From: Mesoplasma florum L1
Lineage (GTDB): Bacteria > Bacillota_I > Bacilli_A > Mycoplasmatales > Mycoplasmataceae
DNA: 32,000 nucleotides
Direction of reading: 5' to 3'
Assembly: GCF_000008305.1 (NCBI RefSeq)
Contig: NC_006055.1
Span: forward strand, 330,001-362,000
Position numbers and translations under genes: made by a program. The notes below the pieces were generated by a model, which saw only the letters and a list, made by a program, of their open reading frames with translations, was not told the DNA's origin and did not search any database. Positions 1-10,776 of the stretch are shown here, piece by piece; the stretch's first letter is position 1, and every line of letters starts with the position of its first letter.

Positions 1-26
1 TTTTATAGTTTAAAAAAGGAGCTTAT

Positions 27-3000
27 ATGTCAGACAATAAGGTATTAGAATTATTTCAAAAATTGAAGATCAATTTAAATGAAGGCGAACTTTCATATTT
101 TGAACATTCTGAAATTGAAAAAGCTACAATAAGCTCTTTAAAATCAAAACTTAGATTGTCATTAAAAATTAAAAACTTTTTACCTATAAGAGTATTAAGT
201 GAAATTCATGAAAAATGTGTCGGATCAGAAGAAATAAAAATAAAACTAATTTTAAATGTGCAAAACCAAAGAATAGATAAAGAATTAATTTGTGAGTATA
301 TTGAATTTATTAAAAATTTTAAATCTCAAAATAAAACAATTATCTGAAACTTTATTGAAGCTGAAGGATTTGAATATGATGCAGATGAAAATTTAATTAA
401 ATTTGTTGTTGATTCTAATGAATTGAAAAACCAATTAACAACTGAATTGGAATATTGTTTAGCTAAATTAAAACAATTTGGTTTTAAAGAACTTAGTTAT
501 GATATTCAAGTTGAAGATAAAACAGAAGAATATATAAAACAATCTTTAATAATTGAACAACAAACTAAAGAACAATATAAACAATTTGCCCCTGAATCAA
601 CAGAAAAATCTCAAAATATGATTATTTCAAAACAAAAGTCACAGAAGTGAAATCAATCTTTAGATAATCCAAGTTATGATTCATTTGAAGACATTGAAGA
701 AGATGCACAAAATATTGTCTTACATGGTAAAATGATGAGCATTGATATAAGAGATTCTAAAGCAAATAATCGTAAAATATATTCAATTGGTTTAACAGAT
801 AATAATTCATCAATCAAATGTATATATTTTGGTAAAGAAGATGAAAGAACTATTATGGACCCTTTAACCGAAGAAGAAATATCATCAGATAGAATTGAAG
901 AAATTAAAAATAAGAGAATTGCTAAAGGTGATTGAATAGCTGTTAAAGGTAAAACATCTTATTCACAATTTGATAAAGAACAAAATTTTATTATTGAAAA
1001 GATAGGAAAAATATCTCGATCAGAAGCTATGGTTAAAGACGATTCAGAACAAAAACGTGTTGAATTGCATGTTCATACTAAAATGAGTGCTATGGATGGT
1101 GTTTCATCAATTCAAGAATATTTACAAATGGTTGATAAATGAAATTGAAAAGCAATCGCAATTACTGATCATATAAATGTTCAAACTTTCCCTGATGCAT
1201 ATAATGAATTAAAAAAAATTAATAAAAATAAAGCTGAAGAAGATAAACTAAAATTAATTTATGGTCTTGAAATGAATATGATTGAAAAAGAGGATTATTG
1301 AATTGTTAAAAATCCTAAAGGTCAAAAAATAAGAGAATCAAAAATGGTTGTATTCGACTTAGAAACAACTGGTTTATCACCTGAGTTTAATGAAATCATT
1401 GAATTTGGTGCTGTAGTTTTTGATCCTGTAACTGGGAAAACAACCAAATATGACTATTTATTTAAACCAAAACAACCTTTAAAACAATTTACAATAGATC
1501 TTACAAATATAACTCCTGAGATGTTAGAAGATAAGAAAAATATTGATGATGATTTTGATAAGATTTATGAATTAATTAAAGATAGTATTTTAGTTGCTCA
1601 TAATGCAAACTTTGACTTTAACTTTTTAAATAGCTTATCTAAAAGATTAGGATATGGTGATTTACAAAATACTGTTATTGATACATTAACACTTTCTAGA
1701 TTAGTTAGACCTGCTTTAAAATCTCATAGGTTAGGAGCAGTATGTAAAAAATTCGGTATTTTATACGATGAACATGTTGCTCACCGTGGAGATTATGATG
1801 CAGATGTTTTAAACGATTTATTCTTTAAAATAATAGCTGAATTAAAATTAACAACACCAATCATTTATGATGCTGACTTAATTAAGTTAGAACCTGAAAA
1901 TGATAAAGATAACATTAACTTATTAAGATCTCGTGGAGCTCATGTTAATGTATTAGCTAAAAATCAACAAGGGTTAAAAGACATATTTAAATTGGTTTCA
2001 ATTTCTCATACTGATAACTTTTTTAACTCTCCTAAAATATTTAAGGAAAAATTAAAAGAATTTAAAGAAAAAAATAATATTTTAATTGGAGCTGGTTGTG
2101 TAAACTCAGAAGTTTTTGAAACAGCTAGAATTGGAACAGATGAAAAACTAGAAGAAATCATTCCTTTTTATGACTATATAGAAATTCAACCATTAAGTGT
2201 TTATAAAAACTTAATTAATGATAATCAGTTAGAAGAACATGAACTAATAGATGTAATTAAAAAAATAATTAGGCTAGCTAAAAAATATAATGTAATGCTA
2301 GTAGCAACAAGTGATGCTCACTATACAAGACCTGAATTGAAAAAAATTCGTGATGTTTATATTAATGCAAAAGGACTTGGAGGAAGTAGACACCCATTAT
2401 TTAGTTTTAGAAATAAAAACAAATTAATTGACTACCCTGATCAATATTTAAGAACAACTAATGAAATGCTTAAAGAATTTGCTTGATTAAGTGAACCTGC
2501 TTTAGTGCAAGAAATGGTTATCACAAATACAAATAAAATAGCAGAAATGATTGATTCAAATATCATTGTTATCAAAGATGGTTTATTCACTCCAAACATT
2601 GAAAACGTAGATACTTTATTAAAAGATAAATGTTATGAAACAGCACATGCAATGTATGGTGATGTTTTACCTGAAATAGTTGAGTCACGTTTAGAAAAAG
2701 AATTAACATCAATTATTAAACATGGTTTTGCTGTTGTTTATTGAATTTCACATTTACTAGTTGAAAGATCTAACAATGATGGATATCTTGTTGGTTCAAG
2801 AGGAAGTGTTGGTTCTTCATTTGTAGCAACTGCTTCAAAGATTACTGAGGTTAATCCATTAAAAGCTCATTATAGATGTTTAAACTGTAAATATTCAGAT
2901 TTTAATACTCCAATTGAAATTAAATGTGGATATGATTTACCAGAACAAAATTGTCCAAAATGTAATGAAAAATTAATTGGTGATGGGCATGATATTCCAT

Positions 3001-4508
3001 TTGAAACATTCTTAGGATTTGATGGAGATAAAGTTCCAGATATTGATTTAAACTTTTCTGGAGAATACCAACCAATTGCTCATAACTTTACAAAAGAGAT
3101 GTTTGGTGAAAACAATGTATTTAGAGCCGGAACAATTTCAACAGTTGCTGAAAAAACTGCTTTTGGATACGTAAAAGCATTTTATGAAGAAACTGGTGTA
3201 TTAGAAGAAGATATGCCAAGAAAAATTGAAATTGAAAGACAAGCTAAGTTAGTTGAAGGAGTAAAAAGAACAACAGGACAACACCCTGGAGGAATTATTA
3301 TCTTACCTAAAGAATTTGAAATTGAAGATTTCTCTCCTGTTAACTTCCCAGCTGATGATGCATCAAGTTCTTGAAAAACAACTCACTTTGATTTCCACTC
3401 AATTCATGATAACTTATTAAAAATGGATATTCTAGGACACGTTGACCCAACTGCTTTAAGAATGCTTGGTGATCTAACTGGAGTTAATCCAATCAATATT
3501 CCAACAAATGATCCAAAAGTATATTCATTATTTAGTAATCTATCTGCTTTAAATATAAAACCAGAACAAATTAATGGAGAAACAACTGGAGCTATTGGTT
3601 TACCTGAGTTTGGAACAGGATTTGTTAGATCAATGTTAAGAGAAACAAAACCTAAAACATTTGCTGACTTAGTGCAAATTTCAGGACTATCACATGGTAC
3701 TGATGTTTGATTAGGAAATGCAAGAGATTTAATTAAAAACAATACAGCAAATATTTCAACTGTTATTGGTTGTCGTGATGATATTATGGTTTATTTAATG
3801 GGCCAAGGAATCGATGCTACTACTTCATTTAAAATAATGGAATCAGTACGTAAAGGACAAGGTTTAAGAAAAGAATGAAAAGAAATTATGCTAGCACATA
3901 ATGTTCCTGAATGATACATTGAATCTTGTTTAAAAATTAAGTATATGTTCCCTAAAGCTCATGCTACAGCGTATGTATTAATGGCTTATCGAATTGCTTG
4001 ATATAAAATTTATTATCCTGCAGAATACTATGCAACATTCTTAACTAATAGAGCCGATGCTTTTGATTTAAAAACATTCTTAGGTGGTTATAATGGAGTT
4101 AAAGAAAAACTAGCAGAATTAGAATTAAGAAAAAATAAAAAAGATAAAATGACTACAAAAGAATTAGCTTTAATGCCAGTTCTAGAAATAGGATTAGAAA
4201 TGTTTAGTCGTGGAATTAAAATGGCTAACTTAAACTTTGAAAAATCTTTAGCTGATAAATATATTATTGAAAAAGATGAATCAACTGGTGAAGCTACACT
4301 ATATCCTCCGTTCTTAGTAATTGATTCACTTGGAGATGCTGTGGCTGATTCAATTATTAAAGCTAGAAGTGAAAGACCATTAACTAGTGTTAAAGATCTA
4401 ACATCAAGAACAACAATTACTCAAACACAAATGAAAATATTTGAACAATTAAATGTATTAGATACTTTAGCACAAGATGAACAATTAGAATTTGACTTTT
4501 TTAACTAA
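27..4508 (+). CDS. polC: DNA polymerase III PolC-type alpha subunit (with internal 3'-5' exonuclease)
   Basis: ORF pieces at 27, 423, 732, 1344, 2505, 3099, 3423 and 4149 share one frame and are joined by TGA (Trp) codons. Exonuclease motif [26 protein letters not shown]-like [22 protein letters not shown] and the C-terminal polymerase region ([22 protein letters not shown]) are present. Confidence 0.96.
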
Positions 4509-4530
4509 AAGATAGACTGAGAGAAAGAAT

Positions 4531-5160
4531 ATGAAAAATTTAGCAGAATTAATGACACAAAGAAGAAGTGCTCGTGATTTTGATGTTAATTATGAAATAC
4601 CTGAAGCTGATTTTAATGATATTATTCAAGCAATGAGAATGTCACCATCTTCATATGGTATTTTAGGACAAAGATTATTAGTAGTTAATCGAGGAGAAAT
4701 GCGTCAGAAATTAGTACCATTCTTTTACAATCAGTTAAACTATGTTAATGCATCAAAATTTATTATTGTATTGGGAGTAAATCATAAAGGATTGCAAGAA
4801 GTTACAAATCATTCATTAGATTTAAGATTTAAAGGAAACCCTGAAGGAAGAAGTACTTATGGGGCTAATATCAATAAAAACTTATTTGGTGGTAATTTAA
4901 GTGATCAACAATTGGATAACTATTCAAGTCAACAAACTTATATCACAACTGGAATAGCTACAGCGGTGGCTGCTAGTTTAAATGTTGATACTTGTATGAT
5001 TGGTGGATTTAATGCAAAAGGATTAGCTGAATTTTTAATTCAAGAAGGTTTAATGCATGATTATGAAACTCCATTCATTACAATGGCATTTGGTAAAAGC
5101 ACAAAAATAAGTGGTGAAAAACTTAGATCTGAATTAAAAGATTTTGTAAAAGAAATTTAA
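4531..5160 (+). CDS. nitroreductase family protein (NAD(P)H-dependent flavin oxidoreductase)
   Basis: 209 aa; N-terminal RRSARDF, SPSSYGILGQ, C-terminal IATAVAASLNVDTCMIGGF and ITMAFGK are typical of nitroreductases. Confidence 0.88.
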   Translation: MKNLAELMTQRRSARDFDVNYEIPEADFNDIIQAMRMSPSSYGILGQRLLVVNRGEMRQKLVPFFYNQLNYVNASKFIIVLGVNHKGLQEVTNHSLDLRFKGNPEGRSTYGANINKNLFGGNLSDQQLDNYSSQQTYITTGIATAVAASLNVDTCMIGGFNAKGLAEFLIQEGLMHDYETPFITMAFGKSTKISGEKLRSELKDFVKEI

Positions 5161-5193
5161 ATTAAAAACTATTTTTAGAAAAGGAAAATAAAA

Positions 5194-6312
5194 ATGCAGC
5201 GTAATTTAAAAAGAGTTTTATTAGTTGGAAATGGATTTGATTTAAGTATTGGTGTAAAGGAATTTGAAGTAAATAATCTAAATGATATTATTTTTTTGAA
5301 AAATAAAAGTACAAAAAATCAAATTCAAAATTTTTTTGAACAATCGATAATTGAAATTATTGATGAAGCTAATGATGAAGATTTAAAAAAACAAGAAACT
5401 GAAATAATTTATAAACTAAACTTATTTTTTTTAAATAATTACGATAAATTCAATTTTAATATGACCAATGGTAATGATAAAATAGGTTTAGAAAATTTTT
5501 CTCGTCCATTTTATGAATACTTATATGTTTACTCAAGATATTGTAAAGATCCTGTAAAAATAGACAAAAAATATGTTAAAAAAATTTGCAAAACTTTTTT
5601 TGAAAAAGTTCTACAAAATATATATCAAAATTACAATTTAAATAATCTTAATAATTTAACAAAACAAAGTATTAAATGAAGATTAGAAAAATATGATAAA
5701 ATTATTTCTTTTAATTATACAGATTTTGTGGATCAAATTTCAAATAGAAATGATATAAAGCATATTCATGGTAGTTTAAAAGAAAATAATATAATTATTG
5801 GCGGATTGGATGAAAAAGAAGATTCTGTTTTTATTGTAAATGAATTAAAAGATATATTAGTAGACAACAAAGAAAATATAATTGAAATAGATATATTTGG
5901 TTTTTCGTTTGATGAAGATCAATCTGTTTTTGAAACTATTTCAAATCTTAAAATGAAATGAAATGAGTTTACTAATGTTAAAATATTGGTTAATTACTTT
6001 TTTTATTCTAATGAAGAAAACAAAAATTTTCAAAAATTTTGAGATGATTTTGAAAGTTTTTTTGAAATGACTTCTGAGAAATATACTTATCAACAAAAAA
6101 TTAAACAAAAAAAGGAAATTTTTCACAATTTTTACAGAAATGAAAACTTCATTTATCATAGATTTAATAAACAAGGTATTTTTGATGGATATTGATTATA
6201 TGATAGTCCAATAAATCAAAATAATTATATTCAACGTTTTTATGATTACATATTTGATAGTGATGGTTTTTCTTTATACGTAATAAAAAGCGAAAAATGA
6301 CTTAATAAATAA
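5194..6312 (+). CDS. AbiH-like abortive infection family protein
   Basis: Frame 1 continues through several TGA=Trp codons from ATG 5194 to TAA 6310-6312 (372 aa). N-terminus RVLLVGNGFDLSIG plus internal DIKHIHGSLKENNIIIGG match the layout of AbiH-family proteins (LI(I)GNGFDL...IHG). RBS-like AAAGGAAAA lies upstream. Confidence 0.75.
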
Positions 6313-6330
6313 TTTTTTCTTTGCTATAAT
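6302..6330 (+). promoter_or_regulatory. putative promoter of the rimP-nusA-infB operon (TTAATA -17 nt- TATAAT with extended TGC)
   Basis: TATAAT at 6325-6330 preceded by TGC (extended -10); TTAATA at 6302-6307 with a 17-nt spacer. Confidence 0.5.
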
Positions 6331-6349
6331 ATAATTAACAATACGAAAC

Positions 6350-6371
6350 AGCAAGACTTAGTGGTCTTGCT
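6350..6371 (+). promoter_or_regulatory. perfect 8-bp leader hairpin upstream of rimP (possible attenuator or protein-binding leader)
   Basis: AGCAAGAC-TTAGTG-GTCTTGCT followed by TTCTTATT, between the probable TSS and the rimP RBS (AAAGGAGA). Confidence 0.5.
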
Positions 6372-6399
6372 TTCTTATTGATTTGAAAGGAGATTTTAA

Positions 6400-6894
6400 G
6401 TGAAAAATTTTGCATCTATTAAAGATGAAATCCAAAAGATTGCTGAATCAATTTTGAAGGAATACAACTTGCAAATATATGAAATAAATAATTTCTTTGA
6501 TTTTGAAAGTGATGTTTTGCAAATCTTAGTTGAAGATATAACTGAACCAAACAAAGCTTTAGACTTTGACTCAATTATTTCAAGTAATGAAAAATTATCT
6601 GATGCTTTAGAAAACTTCCCAGGATTAAGTGAACCTTATATGTTAGAAGTAGCTAGTGCTGGAATTGAAAAACCAATCAGAAGTAAAGATGAATTAGTCA
6701 AAGCTGTTAACAGTTATATTCATGTTGAATTAAATCAAGAAAAAAACACAAGTAGTGAAATAGAAGGTATTTTATTAGATTTTGATGTAAATAAAGATAC
6801 ATTTAGAATCACCTACTTTTTAAAAGGTCAAAAGAAAAAAGTTGACTTTAAATATGAACAAGTAAAGTTTGCAAGATATGCAGTTAAATTTTAA
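6400..6894 (+). CDS. rimP: ribosome maturation factor RimP
   Basis: 164 aa, GTG start preceded by AAAGGAGAT; DFDSIISSNEKLSDAL, YMLEVASAGIEKPI and position directly before nusA. Confidence 0.92.
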   Translation: MKNFASIKDEIQKIAESILKEYNLQIYEINNFFDFESDVLQILVEDITEPNKALDFDSIISSNEKLSDALENFPGLSEPYMLEVASAGIEKPIRSKDELVKAVNSYIHVELNQEKNTSSEIEGILLDFDVNKDTFRITYFLKGQKKKVDFKYEQVKFARYAVKF

Positions 6895-6903
6895 GGAGAA
6901 AAT

Positions 6904-8319
6904 ATGGTAAACGGAGCACAAATATTAGAAGCATTAGCTTCATTAGAAAGTGAAAAAAGCATTAGCAAAGAAGTTGCTATTGAAGGAATTAAAGAAGGAT
7001 TCCAAAAGGCTTATGAAAGATTTTTTGATACAGAAGCTGTAGTTAAAACTGAAATTAATGAACAAACAGGATCAATCAACTTGTTTCAAGAATTAATGGT
7101 AGTAGCAACAGATGATGAAATCGAAGATGATTGATTAGAAATTGTTTTAGAAGATGCTTTAAAAATCAATAAAGAAGCAAAAGTTGGAGATAAAGTATAC
7201 AAACCAATTGATTTTGATGAAGAATTCTCAAGAGTAGCTGTTGGACAAGTAAGACAAATCTTCCAACAAAAAATTAGAGCTACTGAAAGAGCTATGATTT
7301 ATGAAAAATTTATTCAATTAGAAGGTGAAATTGTTAGAGGTAAAATCGTTGGAATGAACGATCAAGGAACTTCATACATTTTAGATATTGATGGAGTACA
7401 TACTTCATTATGAAACCAAAAAACAATCAACAGAGAAGAATTTGTTGTTAACGAATTAGTTGATGTTTTATTAGAAGAAGTTGCTAGAGAAAATAAATAC
7501 TCACAATTAGTTGTTTCAAGAGTAGCACCTAAATTTTTAGCTAAATTAGTTGAAAAAGAAGTAAGTGAAGTTGCTCAAGGATTAGTTGAAGTAATGTCAG
7601 TTTCAAGAGAACCAGGTAAACGTGCAAAAATTGCTGTTTTATCACATGATGAAGATGTAGAACCAATTGGAGCTATTGTTGGAGTTAAAGGTTCAAGAAT
7701 CAATAACATTTCAAAAGAATTAAGAGGAGAAAAAATTGATGTTGTTAAATGAGATGATGAAATCATTCCATTTATTATTAACGCAATGGCACCTGTTAAG
7801 GTTATTTCTGTAAATGAAGTTGAAGGTGAATTTGATATAGTAGTTCCTAATCAACAATTATCATTAGCTATTGGTAAAGGTGGAATGGCTGCTAAATTAG
7901 TTGCTAACTTATTAAAACGTCGTATTAACATTTACAGCTTAGAAAATGCTATTACTGACAACATGGATGTTTTATGAAATGGAAACATTACAGAAGAAGA
8001 AGTAAACAACCCAGACTTTATTAACGAAGTAAACAAACGTAAAATCAACTCTCAAACAGTTAAACCAGAATACCACAAAAATTCATTTAGAAATGCACAA
8101 GCAAATAATGAAGAAGAATTAATGAGTTTCCAAGCTGAAGTTGAGGAAGAATACAACCAAGTTGAAGAATTAATTGAAGAAACAAATGCAGTTGTTCAAG
8201 AAAATAAAGATTTAGAGTCAATTCAATCTGAACTAGAATCATTTAATGATATTTTAAATGATGAAGATGAAGAAGATTTTGAAGAAGACGAATACGAAGA
8301 TTTATATGATCAAGAATAA
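6904..8319 (+). CDS. nusA: transcription termination/antitermination protein NusA with acidic C-terminal tail
   Basis: ORF pieces 6904, 7786 and 8122 are in one frame joined by TGA=Trp. MVNGAQILEALASLESEKSISKE, S1 domain (VRGKIVGMNDQGT), KH region (SREPGKRAKIAV, IVGVKGSRINNISKELRGEKIDVVKWDDE, LSLAIGKGGMAAKLVANLL). Confidence 0.95.
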
Positions 8320-8569
8320 TCTAAGAAAAGATGTCGTTAGTAAAGAAATGTTAGATAAATCAGCATTAATTAGAGTTGTTTTAAATAAAAACAATGAAAT
8401 TTTTATTGATTTAACTTATAAAGCAGATGGACGTGGAGTTTATGTTAAAAATGACTTAAACTCAGTTAAAATCGCTAAACAAAAAAACCTTTTAAGCAGA
8501 GGATTAAAAACAAAAGTTGATTTAAGTATTTATGATGAATTAGAAAAGTTATTTAATGAACAAAACTAA
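8306..8569 (+). CDS. ylxR: YlxR/RnpM family protein
   Basis: More likely start at ATG 8306 (MIKNNLRKDVVSKEMLDKSALIRVV), overlapping the nusA 3' end by 14 nt; DGRGVYVKND motif; located between nusA and ylxQ. Confidence 0.85.
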   Translation: MIKNNLRKDVVSKEMLDKSALIRVVLNKNNEIFIDLTYKADGRGVYVKNDLNSVKIAKQKNLLSRGLKTKVDLSIYDELEKLFNEQN

Positions 8570-8855
8570 ATTATTAAATGCTATTGGATTAGCTTATAAC
8601 TCTGCTAAATTAATTAAAGGTGAAAAATTATTAGATTCAATTAAAAGAAACAAAGTAAAATTTGTTATCTTATCAACAGATATGGGTGCTAGTCAAAAAA
8701 AGAAATTCAGTGATAAATGTAAATTTTATAATATTGAATTTATTGATGATGTATTAACTGTTGATGAAATTTCACAAGCGTGTGGATCTACCACAATTGT
8801 AGCGATTGGTGTTAATGATATTAATATTATTAAATTAATTAAAAACAATTTATAG
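8556..8855 (+). CDS. L7Ae/L30e-family ribosomal-like protein (YlxQ-like)
   Basis: 99 aa; LLNAIGLAYNSAKLIKGEKLLDSI, KVKFVILSTDMGASQKKKFSDKC; overlaps the ylxR end; directly before infB. Confidence 0.85.
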   Translation: MNKTKLLNAIGLAYNSAKLIKGEKLLDSIKRNKVKFVILSTDMGASQKKKFSDKCKFYNIEFIDDVLTVDEISQACGSTTIVAIGVNDINIIKLIKNNL

Positions 8856-8873
8856 AAGAAAGGGGATTTTTAC

Positions 8874-10763
8874 ATGGCTAAAAATATAAAAACAAATAAA
8901 AAACCACAACAAGTAAACAAAAAAGAAATGTCTAAACAACATGCTAAACAAATTAAACAACAATTAAATGAAACAGTTGCAACTGGAATCATTGATGGGG
9001 TGTTTGTTTATACTGAAGCTTTAAGCATTGCTGATTTTGCTAACCAAATTGGGAAAAGTGTTGCTGAAATACTTAAATATTTCTTTGCACAAGGACTAAT
9101 GTTAAATCAAAATGTTGTGTTATCAGAAGAACAAATGGCTGAACTTGCTTTAGAGTTTGGTTTTGACTTTAGAAAAGAAGAATCTTTAACTAAAGAAAAC
9201 TTCTTTGAAGCATTAGATGCTAGTGAAGAAGATAAACCAGAAGATTTAGAACATAGAGCACCAATTGTAACAATTATGGGTCACGTTGACCATGGTAAAA
9301 CTACTTTATTAGACTCTATCAAAAACACTAATGTTGTTGGTGGAGAAGCTGGGGGAATTACTCAAGCAATTGGAGCTTACCAAGTTAAAAACAAAGATGG
9401 TAAAAAAATAACATTTATTGATACTCCAGGTCACGAGGCATTTTCAGAAATGCGTAGTCGTGGGGCAAATGTAACTGATATTGTTATTTTAATTGTTGCT
9501 GCTGATGATGGGGTTATGCCTCAAACAGAAGAAGCAATTGATCATGCTAAATTAGCAAATGTACCAATTATTGTATTTATTAATAAATGTGATAAACCAG
9601 GAGCAGATCCTGAACGTGTTAAAGCTGAATTAATGAAATATGAAATAGTAGCTGAAGAATATGGTGGAGATATTCCATTTGTTCAAGGTAGTGCTAAACA
9701 AAAGATTGGTTTAGACCAATTAGAAGAAACTATTTTATTAATTGCTGAAATGCAAGATTATAAAGCAAATCCAAATAAATTAGCTAAAGGGGTTGTTATT
9801 GAAGCTCACTTAGATAAAGCAAAAGGACCAGTTGCTTCTATTCTTGTTAAAGAAGGTACTTTAGATATTAGAGATATGATTATCGCTGGAACTACATATG
9901 GAAATATTAAACATATGGAAGACGAAACTAATAAAAAAGTATTAAAAGCAGGACCAAGTAAACCAGTTGTTGTTTATGGATTAAATGAAGTTCCAAGTGC
10001 TGGAGATAAATTCATTGTTATGAATGATGAAAAAATGGCTAGAACTATTGCTGAAGCACAAGCTGAAAAGAAATTAGCAGCTGAACGTCAATCAAACCAA
10101 ATCTTTAGTTTAGATTCAATTAAAAAACATATTGATGATGGTGAGTTAAAAGCAATTAACTTAATTGTTAAAGCTGATACTCAAGGTTCAGTTGAAGCAC
10201 TTAAAGGAAGTTTAACTAAAATTGACATACCTGGTGTTAAATTAAATATTATTAGAGCATCTGTTGGAACTATTACATTAAGTGATGTTACTTTAGCTTC
10301 AACTGTAACTGATGGAATTGTATTAATCTATGGATTTAATGTAAGACCAGATGCAGTTGTACGTAAAAAAGCTGAAGAAGAAGGTATTGAAATTCGTTTA
10401 CATAATATTATTTATAAAGTAATTGAAGAATTAGAAGATGCAGCTAAAGGGATGTTAGATCCAGAATACAAAGAAGTAGTTACTGGATCAGCTGAAATTA
10501 GAGCAACATTCAAACACTCTGACATCGGAACAATTGGTGGGTTCCATATTACTGATGGAAGCATTGAACGTAAATCTAAAGTTCGCATTATTAGAAATGG
10601 TATTGTTATTTATACTGGAGAATTAGCAACTTTAAAACATTTAAAAGATGATATTAAAGAAGCTAAAATCAACTCAGAAGGTGGATTAACAATCAAAAAC
10701 TTTAATGATATCAAAGAAGGCGATATTGTTGAAGGATATAAGGAAGAAGAAGTTAAGAAATAG
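8874..10763 (+). CDS. infB: translation initiation factor IF-2
   Basis: 629 aa; VTIMGHVDHGKTTLLD, DTPGHEAFSEMRSRGA, NKCDKPGADP G-domain motifs and IF-2 C-terminal domains. Confidence 0.97.
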   Translation: MAKNIKTNKKPQQVNKKEMSKQHAKQIKQQLNETVATGIIDGVFVYTEALSIADFANQIGKSVAEILKYFFAQGLMLNQNVVLSEEQMAELALEFGFDFRKEESLTKENFFEALDASEEDKPEDLEHRAPIVTIMGHVDHGKTTLLDSIKNTNVVGGEAGGITQAIGAYQVKNKDGKKITFIDTPGHEAFSEMRSRGANVTDIVILIVAADDGVMPQTEEAIDHAKLANVPIIVFINKCDKPGADPERVKAELMKYEIVAEEYGGDIPFVQGSAKQKIGLDQLEETILLIAEMQDYKANPNKLAKGVVIEAHLDKAKGPVASILVKEGTLDIRDMIIAGTTYGNIKHMEDETNKKVLKAGPSKPVVVYGLNEVPSAGDKFIVMNDEKMARTIAEAQAEKKLAAERQSNQIFSLDSIKKHIDDGELKAINLIVKADTQGSVEALKGSLTKIDIPGVKLNIIRASVGTITLSDVTLASTVTDGIVLIYGFNVRPDAVVRKKAEEEGIEIRLHNIIYKVIEELEDAAKGMLDPEYKEVVTGSAEIRATFKHSDIGTIGGFHITDGSIERKSKVRIIRNGIVIYTGELATLKHLKDDIKEAKINSEGGLTIKNFNDIKEGDIVEGYKEEEVKK

Positions 10764-10776
10764 GGGAATTTAGCAT

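Noticed and set aside
3404-3742. Minus-strand 112-aa ORF inside polC
   Set aside because: It lies fully antisense to clearly coding polC sequence and has no recognisable domain or RBS context; the same applies to 7575-7766, 16401-16661, 16845-17249, 18301-18507, 19700-19921, 26473-26694, 28723-29001 and 29293-29712.
5941-6174. 77-aa minus-strand ORF with hydrophobic residues
   Set aside because: Antisense to the AbiH-like gene; AT-rich antisense frames easily look hydrophobic (Phe/Ile/Leu).
8258-8305. Upstream start MMKMKKILKKTNTKIY for the YlxR protein
   Set aside because: These residues come from the acidic nusA tail read out of frame; homologous YlxR start is better matched at ATG 8306.
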